This document shows positions 51,525 through 64,000 of a DNA stretch of 64,000 nt, in pieces. This stretch comes from Gordius albopunctatus (taxonomy: Eukaryota). The stretch covers positions 12,338,001 to 12,402,000 of the forward strand of contig OZ193909.1 of assembly GCA_964276515.1 (NCBI GenBank), written 5' to 3'. How positions within the stretch are numbered: position 1 is the stretch's first letter; each line of letters begins with the position of its first letter. The notes beneath the pieces are model-generated. The model was not told the origin of the DNA. It made no database searches and worked only from the letters and a program-made list of their open reading frames with translations. The translations under genes were made by a program, and so were the position numbers.

Positions 51525-53181
51525 ACTACCAACGACGGTCCCAAGTCCGTGTGAAAAAAGTGGAGGGTTGGCGTCAGGTCGGAAGCCGGCTGTAAAAAGC
51601 AACTCCAAACACCATGGCAGCTTCAAATACGAACTTATACCAGAATGCTAGGGCGTCCTCCCCAAACGACGCGCATTGCATCATCCACCCGTGCAATGTG
51701 AAAAGTATACAAGGGTCACCGCCTCACTCACAACGAAGGCGGTTAAGGAACCTAGTTGTCGAACGGACAAGAGTGGCTAGCTGGAATGTTGGCACGCTGA
51801 CGGGGAAGAGCATCGAGGTTGCGCAGATGCTCAAAAGACGAAGGATACACATAGCGTGTCTACAAGAAACACGGTGGCATGGAACAAAAGCCAGGGAGCT
51901 AGGAGATGGTTACAAGCTATACTACTCGGGTTCCCCATCACGGAAGAACGGGGTCGGTATAGTGCTTAGCGATTCCTTTAAGGACAAGGTAGTCGAAGTC
52001 AAACGATGCTCGGATAGATTGATGTGCATAAAGCTGGCGGATCAAGGCGGCCTTGTCAATGTTATTTGTGCGTATTCGCCCCAGGTTGGATGTTCCGAAA
52101 ACGAGAAGTACGAATTCTATGAGAAGCTCGAAGAAGAAATACGCTACGTGAAGCCTGACGAGAATCTCATCATCGGAGCAGACTTTAATGGGCACGTTGG
52201 GAAAGAAAGGGGCGTGTACGAACGAAATCACGGCGGGCATGGCTATGGAGTGAAAAATAAAGAGGGAGAGAAGTTACTACAGATGGCGCAAGCTTACGAT
52301 ATGGCCATTGTGAATACCTTCTTTCAGAAGCGTACCGAACATTTAGCGACGTACAGTAGTGGAAATCACCTTACACAGGTCGACTACATATTAGTGAAGC
52401 GCATAAATTTGTGGCAAGTTAAAGATTGCAAGGTTATACCGGGGGAAGAAATCGCCAAACAACATCGGCCAGTTGTCCTCGATATAGCAAGAAAGATTTT
52501 TCCCGTAAGGAGAAAAGTCTACACACCAAGGACAAAGTACGAAAAGCTTAAGGATGATCATGCAAATGAAATGTTTCACACTCGAGCAACTCCGCTCTTG
52601 AAGGTTGCAGGCTTGGAGGGCGACATTAACAAAAGGTGGGGCACCGTTGCAAATGTTCTAAAGGAAACGGCCTTACAAATATTGGGACGAACTAAGGGCG
52701 GCAGAGCTCACAAGCGTGAACTATGGTGGTGGAATGACTCGGTCAAAGAGGTTATAGAAGAAAAGAAGGCGTTGTACCTACGATGGTACAAAACGAAGAA
52801 AGGAGAAGACTACGAGGCATATCGTGAAGCGAAACGCAAAGCTAAGATAGCGGTCGCGATAGCGAAGAACAACGCTTACACCGAGATGGCAAACAAGCTC
52901 GATACCAAGGGCGGCGACATAGTCATGTATAAACTCGCAAAGATCAGGGAGAAAAAAAGTCAAGATGTCGGGACACTTAAAGTCATTAAAAGCGAAGAGG
53001 GACGAACGTTGTGCAAACCGAAGGAAGTCATCAAAAGATGGAAAGATTATTTCCAAAATATGATGAACAAAACAAATGATAGAAGACCGCTAGAGAGGGT
53101 GGAACCGAACTCGAACTTGGTTTTACCATTTCAGGCTTATGAAATAGGAGCACAACTAACGAAGATGCGGAAAGGGAAAGC
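51525..53181 (+). mobile_element. RTE-clade LINE, 5' half (APE endonuclease through the start of RT), cut by the assembly gap
   Basis: Open ORF from 51614: SWNVGTL, LQET, GVG, AYSPQ, GADFNGHVG, NTFFQK, QVDYIL, QHRPV, WWWN, RWKDYF, MRKGK; GC much higher than the flanks. Confidence 0.93.
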
Positions 53182-53381
53182 NNNNNNNNNNNNNNNNNNN
53201 NNNNNNNNNNNNNNNNNNNNNNNNNNNNNNNNNNNNNNNNNNNNNNNNNNNNNNNNNNNNNNNNNNNNNNNNNNNNNNNNNNNNNNNNNNNNNNNNNNNN
53301 NNNNNNNNNNNNNNNNNNNNNNNNNNNNNNNNNNNNNNNNNNNNNNNNNNNNNNNNNNNNNNNNNNNNNNNNNNNNNNNNN
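53182..53381. other. Assembly gap (200 N)
   Basis: Run of N. Confidence 0.99.
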
Positions 53382-54909
53382 ATACAGATGAAATGAGAGG
53401 GTGTGTAAATGCTTGCCCACAAGATGCAACGTTTTTTACAACACTTCAGCGTACAGACATTATTCTCATACGACGATCTTGAGTGAGTTGCCTTTTTTAA
53501 TGACTTTGGGTAGTTGAGCAAAGGGTTCGTCGCACAGGTTCTGACTTTGTAGCACGTTTACGGTCACGGGTGAGGTTAAGAAGAATATATCGAAGCTAGA
53601 CATAAAAAGAGAGTTAGTCACATTCTAAGTAATTGGAGCGCAGAGCCATGGTTTTAATCGATAATACTTTTAAAAAACCTTAATTTTAGTAGGTAAAAGG
53701 GTTTAATCCAACTTTTGATAATTAACTTATGATTTTTTTTTCGGTATTTTGGTTTGCGATTTAATTATGCCTATAAAGAATGTACTTGAACACTTAATTC
53801 GCTCCTTTTATACCGATTAAAAAATATCTTAAGACTCAACTTTAACCGAACGGAGAAAATTAATTCCAAACTATTTTTGCACTAAAGGCAGTGTAAGAAA
53901 GTTTTGTTTTAACCCTATCTCCTTCACTACAATCCTTACACGGTGTAGTTTTTTGCCGCTCATTCACAAAAATTCACACGTTATCAACTAATAAAAAAAC
54001 CTAGTTATAGAGATCGCGGTGTGAAAAGAAGTTTCTTACTTTTGACTTATCATGACGTTGGGAGGCTTGCCGCAACAATTTAATATGACCAGGTAGAGTT
54101 TGGCAGTAATCTCGATGGCGTGGTTGCTGCATATCAAAAAATCCCCTTTATGATTCCTTTCCCCATCCTATAAGTTATAACGATCCCTTTTATACTATCA
54201 AAACTATGATTCCATTAAAAAAATTTTACAGGCTATTATAAAACTATAACGAATGTAAGCTGATAGATATACAAATGTAGATTAAAATTTTCTCAAGCTT
54301 ATCCAAAACAAAACTAGAAATTTATAAGAGATGAAATCTTCACTTATTTTGCCAAATAAATTAAAGTAATATCTAAAAATATTTGTTTTATTTAATAATA
54401 TTATTTTTTAAAGAAATGTAATTCAAATTGTTAAAATCCTCAAAGGCGCTGCCAACTTTATATTTGAAACTTGGTTTTGAGGTTTTGTTCATATTTTAAA
54501 ACAAAGCTGCTTAAAACCGGCCATGTAAAATTCATAGTGACCAAAATTTCAAACTAAATGGAAATAAAACTGTATATTAAAAAAGGGTTTTTGTTTATTT
54601 TTTAGTTCAAGGTAGAGTTTGGGTAAAGTTGGGTTAAAATTTATAAAATTAATTTTTTTGAATGGGAGTGGAGACTAAAATAGATTTAGTTTAGAAAATA
54701 CTGACTACCATTTTATTTAGTTTATTTCCTATTTAAGCCCATTCCTAATAACCTCTAATACTCGTACAGTTTTATCACTGGTGCATTTTCAGTATATTTA
54801 TTGCTAAAAATAAGAGCTTTTAAATAAATAAGAGCTTTTTCGACTAACCATTCAGATATCTTGGCATGAATTAGAAGGTGCTAGTAAAAATTAAAATAGT
54901 CTGCCGCCC

Positions 54910-55029
54910 CATGGGCGTATCCAGCATTTGAATTAAGGGGGGGGGGGGTAATAATGATTTAGTGAGGGTTAATAAATTTTAACAAATTTTTGGACCCTGC
55001 CCCCCCCCCTCCCCTCGGCTACACCCATG
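54910..55029. mobile_element. CATGGGCGTA-family MITE
   Basis: catgggcgta...tacacccatg; perfect 8-bp TSD tgccgccc. Confidence 0.85.
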
Positions 55030-55061
55030 TGCCGCCCTGATTTTGCCGCCTCAAAATTACG

Positions 55062-56378
55062 TTATTGACGGAGTTGAGTTTGAATGCGATGATGCCGTCG
55101 TTGAAAGGGCTTAGGCATATGCTATCGATTTCCGCTGCCGGGATTATGTACTTGGCTTCTAACGTTCGGTGATCTATGATCAAGAAGCCCTTGGTCGTTA
55201 TGACTAACAACTTCTGAACGTACTACACGAGAGGAAAATTTAAAATAATTAATCTCACGTTCACAAAATATCTAATTTTTTTTATAAAAAATAATATAAA
55301 AAAAACACGAGAATTATTGGTAATTAAAAATAATTTAATACATGGCTACAAAAACAAACGTTCGTGGTTAAAATGGATGTGAAAATGCGCCAAAAAGATG
55401 GGAGATCAGAGTTGTTAAAACTTCCTCCTTTTTGTAACAAAAATTAATAGATAAATAATGGATTAATACACATATATACCCTTATTTTACCAAGTGTTCC
55501 TTAATATAATTATTGAACATTAACTACCTAAAAGCTGCAAAACGCGTGCAATTACCACCAGGACCATACAAAGTCTATTTTTTACAGGAACATCAAAAAA
55601 CTTATTGCCAAATCTCAACAACCCAAACTTAATTATTATTTTTAACCTAGATTGAACTATTGAAGTTACCAAGTAATAAATTTTATATGAAAATTTACTA
55701 AAACAATTTAGTGATTTGTTTATTGAATGATTTTTTTCCACCCAATCTGACAGTATTTTAAAGTAATTCAACTAGTTGAGTTCTCAAAATTATCAAATGG
55801 GTATAGAAAATCAAAAATTCTACCTTTATTTACAAAATAAAAAGGAAATCAAATGGCTTACCCTTCCATCCCTACGATTGATTTTATGAACAATATCAGC
55901 AAAAACAATGTAATGGTCATAGGTTTCTTGTGACATCTTTATCCATTTTGGATTTTGTCTCAATTTAACATAATCCCCACAAAATAAATGAGGAACACTA
56001 TTTTTAAAATGAATAAAAACTTTTACTAAAATACCTTTGTGCATAACTTTGTTTTTTATCCTTAAACAATGTGCTAGCTATTGCTTTTTCATGCATTTTA
56101 TTTCTTGTCACCTGATCTAATTTTATCCTAAATTTATAACACTATATAAAAATTATAAAAAAAATATAAACCATTACCCTCCATTTATGAAAGATTTTTC
56201 TAAGTTCTAAATTCAAACCATTAAATAAATTGGAGCATATTGGCCAACGATTGTCGATTGGAGATAATGTGGGTAGATTTTTAATTATGTTATATAAAAA
56301 TGTTCTTAACAGATACAATCTGTAACATCGTTGAATTATTAAAGTTGAATTGAGATAGGTGTCAGATTCATACTGTAC
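55062..56378 (-). CDS. Class I myosin, 3' exons (last IQ motif + TH1 tail); Myo1A/B / Drosophila Myo95E-like; partial
   Basis: IIQRCYR; LPTLSPIDNRWP; LRKIFHKWRCYKFR; MHEKAIASTLFKDKKQSY; VPHLFCGDYVKLRQNPKW..VFADIVHKINRRDGR; LLVITT..IIDHRTLEAKY.IPAAEI..LSPFND. Last exons (~54450-54880) are unresolved and no motor-domain exons were seen. Confidence 0.85.
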
Positions 56379-57100
56379 CTAAATAGTTGATAATATATGT
56401 GTTATAAGGTGTTCATACATTGGAATTAAATATTTGAGGTAACATTTAAACACAAATTCATGATTTTGTTTTGATTTTTTCTACAGCCCTTTGATGTTCA
56501 TATTGGGCTCTCATACTATTTAGGACCTTGACACGATGTAACATTTAAAGACAATCATCTGTTCTATTATATGGCTTTAGTCGAATCCTCCAGCGTGAAA
56601 TTTTTATCTCTTATAAATCTGAAGGACCTCATAAATGCATCCATACATTTATATAGAAATTATAATAATTGTTCGTTAGAATTTTACAATAATTTCTAGA
56701 TTAAAATAATTTTTATCAGATATATTGTACCACTACCCTCGAGCGCCCCCGTTGAGCCAATTTTCAGGCTTGGTAAATTCATATTTAGTAAAAGCGCAAA
56801 AGCTAATTAGATGACAATCTTGAATGGAATGTCTTAGTGGAATCGAATCATCATAACGCCTTGCGATTTTTATACTAAAATTTGAATAAATTTTATTGTT
56901 AAATATTGTTTTACGAAATCGCGGAAAAATTTAACTTAGTGACCTTAAATGTAACTAGTCCCTTTGCGTATAACCTGATCAATATTCAGTAACTTTAAAA
57001 AAATGTAATAGTGACCTTAATTAGTTACATATTCCTTCGTGGAAAAGTAACCTACAATTGAAAGTCTGTTTGGAGTAGAGATCTGCAAGTCTGTTTGGAG

Positions 57101-58142
57101 TAGAGATCTGCAACGGGCCGTTTTATAAGGTCAGCACGCCCGTATCCGTTTTTAAAACTTCAAGACCCGTTCGAGCCCGCCCATAATTTTTTTCCAACAC
57201 TTCCGGCCTGGCCCGTTCGTACTCGTTTAAAAAACGTCAGGCCCGCCAAAGCCCGTTCAATTTTTTTAAAGAACTCCACACCCGACCCAATTCATCAAAT
57301 ATTTCACAAAATTTTATTATATTTTTGACATATTCATAAAAAAAACATTAATAATTATCATGTAAAATAATAAATCATCCATTATTTCTGCCGTTAATAT
57401 ACCTAAAAAATTTCAATTTAGTTCTACCATTAAATTATTTTTAAAAATTACATGAGAATATTCCACTTTCAACAATTTACTCTTATTCGATTAATTTAAG
57501 TTAATGCACCTAGGAAGTTAGAATTCAGTATTACCTTAAAATTTAAATACTTTAATAAAATTATATGAGAATATTCAACTTTCAATAAGCAGTTTACATT
57601 GATTTGATTAATTTATATAAGTTAATACACCTAAGTTTTAGATTATAACAGAAATATATATTAAATTATATGGCCCTAATAATAATTATACCAGTAAACT
57701 CTGTGATAAAAATTAAACACAAAAATTTTGGTTTATGTGCTTAAGTAATTGAACTTACTTATAAAAGAATATACGAAGCTTTTTAAATTATGTAAACGAA
57801 AATCTATAACAAATAGAAAAAATGTTTTAAAGTCAAATTTAGCGCTTGAAAAAGGAATGGATGCTATAAGATATACAAAAATTAGAGGTTAAAAATATAA
57901 AGAAATTAATAATCTATATATTTAATAAAAATTTTATATTTATATAATTGTCTGACTTTTAAGGATCTTTGTAATTCCGTAACAGTTTATATAATATCTG
58001 GCCCGTTCAAGCCCGTTAAAAAAATCTCAGGCCCCCCCCGAGCCCGTTCCATTAATTGTTAAGCCCGTCCGGGCCCGGCCCGTTAAAATTTTTATGATAC
58101 CCGTACCCGCCCCCGGGCCGGGCCTGCCCGTGCAGATCTCTA
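57101..58142. mobile_element. Non-autonomous hAT element (TAGAGATCTGCA TIR)
   Basis: TIR tagagatctgca/tgcagatctcta, perfect 8-bp TSD gtttggag, gcccg subterminal repeats. Confidence 0.9.
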
Positions 58143-58835
58143 GTTTGGAGTTTTAACTAAAGTCCGAATTACACTTTTCAATTTTATCAATTTAATTGAC
58201 TTATTTTAAATTAAAAATATATTAAGAAATTTTATGCTTATATATAAATATTAAAAGTTTCTTTTATAATAAAATCGAAATCTAAAAATTTTATTAAAAT
58301 TATGGCTAAAACTTCAAAAAATTAGTATTTTGCCTCTCCGTAAATCATTAATGCATCCTTCTCTAATCTCAATGCCAGCTACGCCCATGAGTATGTCATC
58401 TTAATGCCAAAAGATCAAATATATTTGACATAGATTAACGCCATAATGGTATGAATTTAACCGAATATAAGCAAGGTTATATTAATTGTTTTAAATTTAA
58501 AAGGCACAAACTAATATTGATTGTAATAGTTTGTGCTTGAATTGTCCAAATTTATCAACTTCTTGATGTGTTTTCTCTAATGTGCTTAGTCATGATTGGA
58601 TAAGATAATTATTTCAAATATTACACATAAATTTATTGAATATTGAATAAGGGAAGCAACCAGTAGCGTATGGAAGGGAATGATATTGATAGGAGTCTTG
58701 TTTGAGCATATAAAAATAATAAGTTATCTTAATTAATTTTAAATTTAATTTTAGATGAAATATACTAATTCTAACGCTATTTGTACAAATATTTCTGTCC
58801 CGAGTGCGGGTTTTGTAAAAAGAAGATATTTTAAT

Positions 58836-59855
58836 TGTTATGCAATTTATGGGCTCGCTTTTTGTTGTCCGTCCTTTCAGCTTTCTGACTTGCTGATTCA
58901 ATCCCCGGAGAGGATAAATTTTTTTTTGAATTAATTTAATATTTTTTTATTGTTAATACCATTGATAATATGACTTTTTGGCCGTCCTTTGGCTACTGAC
59001 CAATGAAAAAAATGACCATTGGCCGAATTGTGATTCGAAATTTTTCTTTCGTTCTTGAATTGGTATATTAGGTTAACAATGATAATGACCCTATGCCCCC
59101 CTACAAGGGCCTATGCCTCTACTGATATGAGTCCCTGTGCTCCTACAAAGGGTTATGCCTGTATTGATGTGGGTTCGAATCCCGGCGAGGGCAAATTCTT
59201 AATTGCTGGTTCGATAACCGGAGAGGATAAAATTTTTATTTTTTATAAATTAAATTAATATATTGTTCTTGTTAATACCATTGATAATATGACTTTTTGG
59301 CCGTCCGCTGGCTACTGACTAATAAAAAAATGACCATTGGCCAAATTGTGATTCGAAAATTTTTTTTTTTGAATTGGTATATTAGGTTTGACCCTAAGCC
59401 CTCTCCTACAAGGGCCTATGCCTCTACTGATATGAGTCCCTGTGCCCCTACAAACGCTTATGCCTCTACTGATGTGTGTTCGAATCCCGGAGAGGATAAA
59501 TTTTTTTTTATTTTTTTTTAAATTAATATATTGTTCTTTTTGACCGTGTCCTAGCTATTGAATATTAAAAAAATGACCATTGGCCAAAGTATAAATCGAA
59601 TTTTTTTTTGTTTTTTTCGTCTCTTATGTATTTATATCCTTTTTGACTGTGTCCAGACTACTGACCAATAAAAAAAATGACCATTGGCCAAATTGTGATT
59701 CGAATTTTTTTTCGTTTTTTTGACTCTTATGTATTTATAGACCGTCTCTTGGTACTGACCATTGGAAAAAAATGACCATTGGCCAAATTTTGAATCGATT
59801 TTTTTTTCGTTTTTTTTACTCTCATGTATTACTAGACCGTCTCTTGGTACTGACC
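58836..59855 (+). mobile_element. DINE-1/Helentron-like element with tandemly amplified internal modules
   Basis: Five copies of tactgaccaat..aaaaaatgaccattggccaa, ~40-bp cctacaagggcctatgcctctactgat subrepeats, and B-box-like gttcgaatcccgg modules. Confidence 0.7.
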
Positions 59856-60971
59856 AATGGAACAATTTAGCACATGTAAATTTTATGATATATACTTATG
59901 ATACCTGTTACATTTTTAGATGCTCAATAGTAACAGACATTTTTTACATAAGCGAAGCTAACAAAAAACCTTTTTTGTTGGAATATGCCAGGTCCTACTT
60001 CAACAGCCATTTAATTTTCGCAATTAAAATTTTTTCTAGAGATAAAAATAAATTAAATTTATCACTTAGAATCTAATTTTCAAGTCGTGATTGAGCGTAG
60101 GCCAATACCTGACTCTTATCACAAATAACATAAAATATACCCATGGGCCTAGCCAAGGGGGGGGGGCATGGACTAACCTCTAAATTTTGTATAAAAAAAT
60201 TTGATTTAGACATAACATAAAAAAATATTTAATAAACTCATTGATTTTATCCAGATGCAAAATAAGGGGAGCGTGTCTAAAACTTGCGGCATAAGAGTAT
60301 ATCGGTTATCCAAATCATACACTGAATTTCTTTACATAAAAAGATATACCATATTCGCATATGTATACCTTTTAACAGAGTAAAATAATTCAAAAATTTA
60401 TTATACAATTAAAATAAAATTAAACTTACACCCTTAAAACATATGATAACCTAATGTGTAGATTTATTGTGAGTATATTAGTTTATTAGGTTGGTTTTAA
60501 TGATTCGGCAAAGAATAAATGCGGGATAGCGATTAAGAGAATTGATGCCAACCCTTGCTTACCATATATTTTAATTTTATTATAGTCGTGGAGTAGTGGT
60601 GGAGTTTAGGATTGCCATGAATCGGCAATATGTTACCCGAAATAATGAGCCATACCCTCGGTGTATGCAGTATCGATTAATTTTATGGTTTACTCTACCG
60701 CGCCTATATTATAAAGGGGAGAGTTTAATTAATCGTTAATAAAATGTTTTTGGATCATTTTACTTTGTCTCAAATATTTTAAGCTTGTATCATCGCGTGA
60801 ATTTACATGCTATAAAGATTTTTTTTAATAAAAAAGTATAATACGTTACTATTTTTTCCTATCTAAGAAGTGAAAAAATAGTTGTTAAATTTATACTAAA
60901 CATACCCAAATACATATATAAAACATGAATAATCATTAAATAAAATCATAGTATTTTGACAATGACTTATT

Positions 60972-61322
60972 ATGTTGTAAAAACGGCTGGATTTTATTTG
61001 GTCGACCTTTCGTATTTGTCGGCTTAACTTAAACAGATTAACTGTTTTTATGGGCCTAGCCAAGGGGAGGGGCGGCTGCCCCCCTCTAAATCCAATACTT
61101 TTTTTTTAATTTACTAAAATGTCAAAAAATTATCATCTTGCCCCTCCCTAAATTATTATTTCCCCCCCCTCTAATTACAATGCCAGCTACGCCCATGGCT
61201 ATTTTCCTTAGTCGCATAAACAGCAGACCAAAGAGTTTTTGGTCAAACCTTTTGTCCGTTTATGTTTAATTGACCAGAACCAAATATCGACCAAAAAAAA
61301 TCCCCAGGCGTTTTTACAACAT
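60972..61322. mobile_element. TIR element with a nested CATGGG-family MITE (~61050-61197)
   Basis: atgttgtaaaaacg.ctgg..ttggtcga / tcgaccaa..ccaggcgtttttacaacat; flanks gacttatt/tacttatt; a related end lies at ~11280. Confidence 0.65.
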
Positions 61323-61339
61323 TACTTATTTCATAAAGT

Positions 61340-61679
61340 ATAACTCCAAAATTTATGGGCTCACTTTATGTTGTCCGTCCGTCCAACATTCTTAATTGCT
61401 GGTGCGATACCCGGAGAGGGCAAATTGTTTTTTTTTAATTAAATTAATATATTGTTCTTGTTAATACCATTTAACTTTTTAAATAGTTGTATAAATTAAT
61501 AATTAACTAATCATTTTGCATTTTATACCCCCCTATAGACATTTTCGCCCCTTAACACCTTTCTCGCCCATAAATTGCATAGCAAATATTATGGATGAGT
61601 CGTTCCCCCTTTCCTTCCCCTTCTCCCCTTCCCCCCTCCCCCTTCCCACGAGGGCCAAAAGCCCGAGTTTTTATCTAGC
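61340..61679 (+). mobile_element. Short copy of the DINE-1/Helentron-like family
   Basis: aatttatgggc..(gtcc)n...gcccataaatt inverted repeat, 3' hairpin gggccaaaagccc, ends tctag. Confidence 0.7.
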
Positions 61680-63685
61680 TTTAAAAATGACAATTATGAC
61701 AATTGTCACCAAGCTAAGGTGACAAACTTAAATTTTAAGTTTGCAACAATTTTATGACACCCTAACCCACCAATTTTCGTTAAAACAATTTATTTTGATT
61801 CATAAATGACAATTATGACAATTGTCACCAAATTAGGTTGACAAATGATTGATTCCTAAAATTATATTTTACAACTATACGTCTCAATTATTTCTCTAAA
61901 AAACTATCACAACCTCTAAAATAAAGGAGGAAGATGCTGATACAAACCAAATTTTAGTTATAAAGGTAATTAATTATTTTATTTTTATAAGTATTTAATA
62001 TAGTATTTTAAACTTACATTAGTTCCTTGTTTATAGAAATGTTGGATAACTAGAGACGAGTATAATGATAAAATACAAATAATTAATATTAATATAAATG
62101 ATAATTTTACAAAGCATTTTGAACATTTCTTTCATGCATGCTTCATTTTTAAACATACTTTAAAATTTAATTTCTATAGAAATTGCGCGTGCTCATTTTA
62201 GAGTAAAATTGTGAGTGCTAATTCAACTAAAAATTAATATTCCTTATGGTTTAGTAAATTCATTTTTCAAAGTTTACTTTTTAATGACCCTGATAAAGCT
62301 AACTTTATTATAGCAAATAAATACAGCTGGCACCTCCAAAGTCGGGCATGGGCTTTTGTCAAAAATAGTTGGTCTGGCTTGGACGAGCGTTATGGTAATA
62401 AAACGGGCTCGCGACGGTCCTGGCTATTAGTAGGGGCAAACCCTTTTTGTTTTAATATATAAAAATGGTGTTTTTATGATGTTTATCAAATTTTATTATT
62501 ATTTAACTTTACAATATAAACAAATCCTTATTAATTCTTGTTTGCTATTTATTCATAGAACTTGTAGTTCTTGAAGAAATGAATCCCAATGTTTCTATTT
62601 TTTAAAGGGGGATCTTGAAATATTAACAAAAATATGTATATTTAGTATAAAATTAACCTATCATAGAGTTTCAAGTTTTCATAAATGGTTTTATGCAGCT
62701 TCAAGTGCTACTATTGAAAATTTAACTTGTTGGAAGAAACAAAAGCTAGTTTGAGACTGATTTATTTAACATGATTAATATTGAACATTTTCAACATATA
62801 AATAAATAATTGTTTTGGTTTTGACAAAAAATGTTTAAAAGGCCGCAGAATATATAATATTTTTGGGAAGGTGTAGACTGGGCCTGTGCATTACAAAAAA
62901 TCAGCCGGGCGAACTCGAACTTATAATCTCATTTTAACGCCCCCGGGGCGGGACACTTTTTGGTACTGGTGGGAAAATTAAGCCTAAAAGGCCTATACAA
63001 GTGTTTAGTTCAACAATGAGCTTAATTAGCGCAAACAGAAAAATTGGAATGAGCTCTTTGCAATTTGGTATTTTTCACCAAATACCCATCTTAAATATTT
63101 TTATATAATTTTAATTAGTTTTTGTTTACTCGAAATTCTTTGACACAAAAGATGATCCTGCCTCCGCCATTACTGTATATAAGCTTAAATTTATTTTGTT
63201 TAATAGTATTAGTTGTAAAAAATTTTGAATCCCTCCCATATCCTGGCTACGCCTATGGAAGCCGCTTTTTCTAGTCCCATTGACTCTACACGTGCGTAAT
63301 GCTTTTATAAATAAATTAAAATTCTCTGATATTTATTTTGTTATAAATAGCTATTAAATTTGTTGCAGATTATATTTAGATTAGATGATAAGATGAATGC
63401 ATTGTGGTCGCTGCTAGAAACTCAATTGCCAGATTTTCTCATTTAACATTGTTTATTATATTATAGTTAAAAAAGCTTGACCAGCATAAAATACTTATGA
63501 CATTTTTTTAACTGTGCGTGAATTTGTCTGTAGACATTAAATTTATCTCAAATCTAATAGACATTTACCCCTATAAGTTAGCACTAATTATATAGCGGTT
63601 TGAAATTTTGCATCGTGATGTTTCGTGTAACACTTCAAAATATTGTTCTGCTGTATGCCAGCTGTTACATGCTTTTTTAACAAAA

Positions 63686-64000
63686 ATGGATGTTAAGGAA
63701 AATGAAAAACGCAATGTTTATTTCGATGAAAATTCTGTTAATCCGTTAGCACGTTTTTTGCTATCTTCTTTTAATACTTATTTATATCTTCCCGCCTTAT
63801 GGCTAAGTAAATATTTTATTTATAATGTATCAACACACAGGACAAATAATTGTGGGCTTGCAACAACGACCAGTATACTATCATCGAAAATATAAACGAG
63901 TTAAAGATATTGATTTATGTGAAACTCATGATTTTCTTTGTATGTTTGAAGCAAACAACCAATATTACAGAGACAAGTTACCATATCAGCTATCTTTTTA
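63686..64000 (+). CDS. NDUFB10: NADH:ubiquinone oxidoreductase subunit B10 (PDSW), 5' part: exons 63686-63806, 63841-63976; continues beyond the window
   Basis: After a 34-nt GT-AG intron: VYYHRKYKRVKDIDLCETHDFLCMFEANNQYYRD, the NDUFB10 signature. Confidence 0.9.

Noticed and set aside
53031..53521. ORFs spanning the N run
   Set aside because: Gap artefact; sequence right of the gap cannot be tied to the RTE frame.
58900..59860. CRISPR-like array or true tRNA genes
   Set aside because: Eukaryotic context, degenerate irregular units with non-unique spacers, no cas genes; only T-arm-like pieces and no complete cloverleaf.

Overview
AT-rich, intron-containing animal genomic DNA, not prokaryotic; the species cannot be identified from the window. 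Host genes have very short introns (many 32-39 nt). I reconstructed these spliced genes by hand: DNAJC24/DPH4 (-), THUMPD1 (+), PPAN/SSF1 (-), DENND6 (-), the 3' part of a class I myosin (-) and the 5' part of NDUFB10 (+). There are also two decayed RasGEF-domain copies, an intronless 450-aa orphan ORF with PP1-docking-like motifs, and a 5-exon micro-exon gene for an 84-aa secreted acidic propeptide that the ORF track misses. Mobile DNA is dense: an apparently intact ~4-kb Sola2-like transposon with ~700-bp TIRs, a decayed Ty3/Gypsy element with ~120-bp LTRs, two probable solo LTRs, CRE-like and RTE-like LINEs, Helitron derivatives (one with ~247 perfect GTAT units) and several hAT elements and MITEs, some nested. 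A 200-N gap lies at 53182-53381. Family assignments rest on recalled motif similarity, not on database searches.
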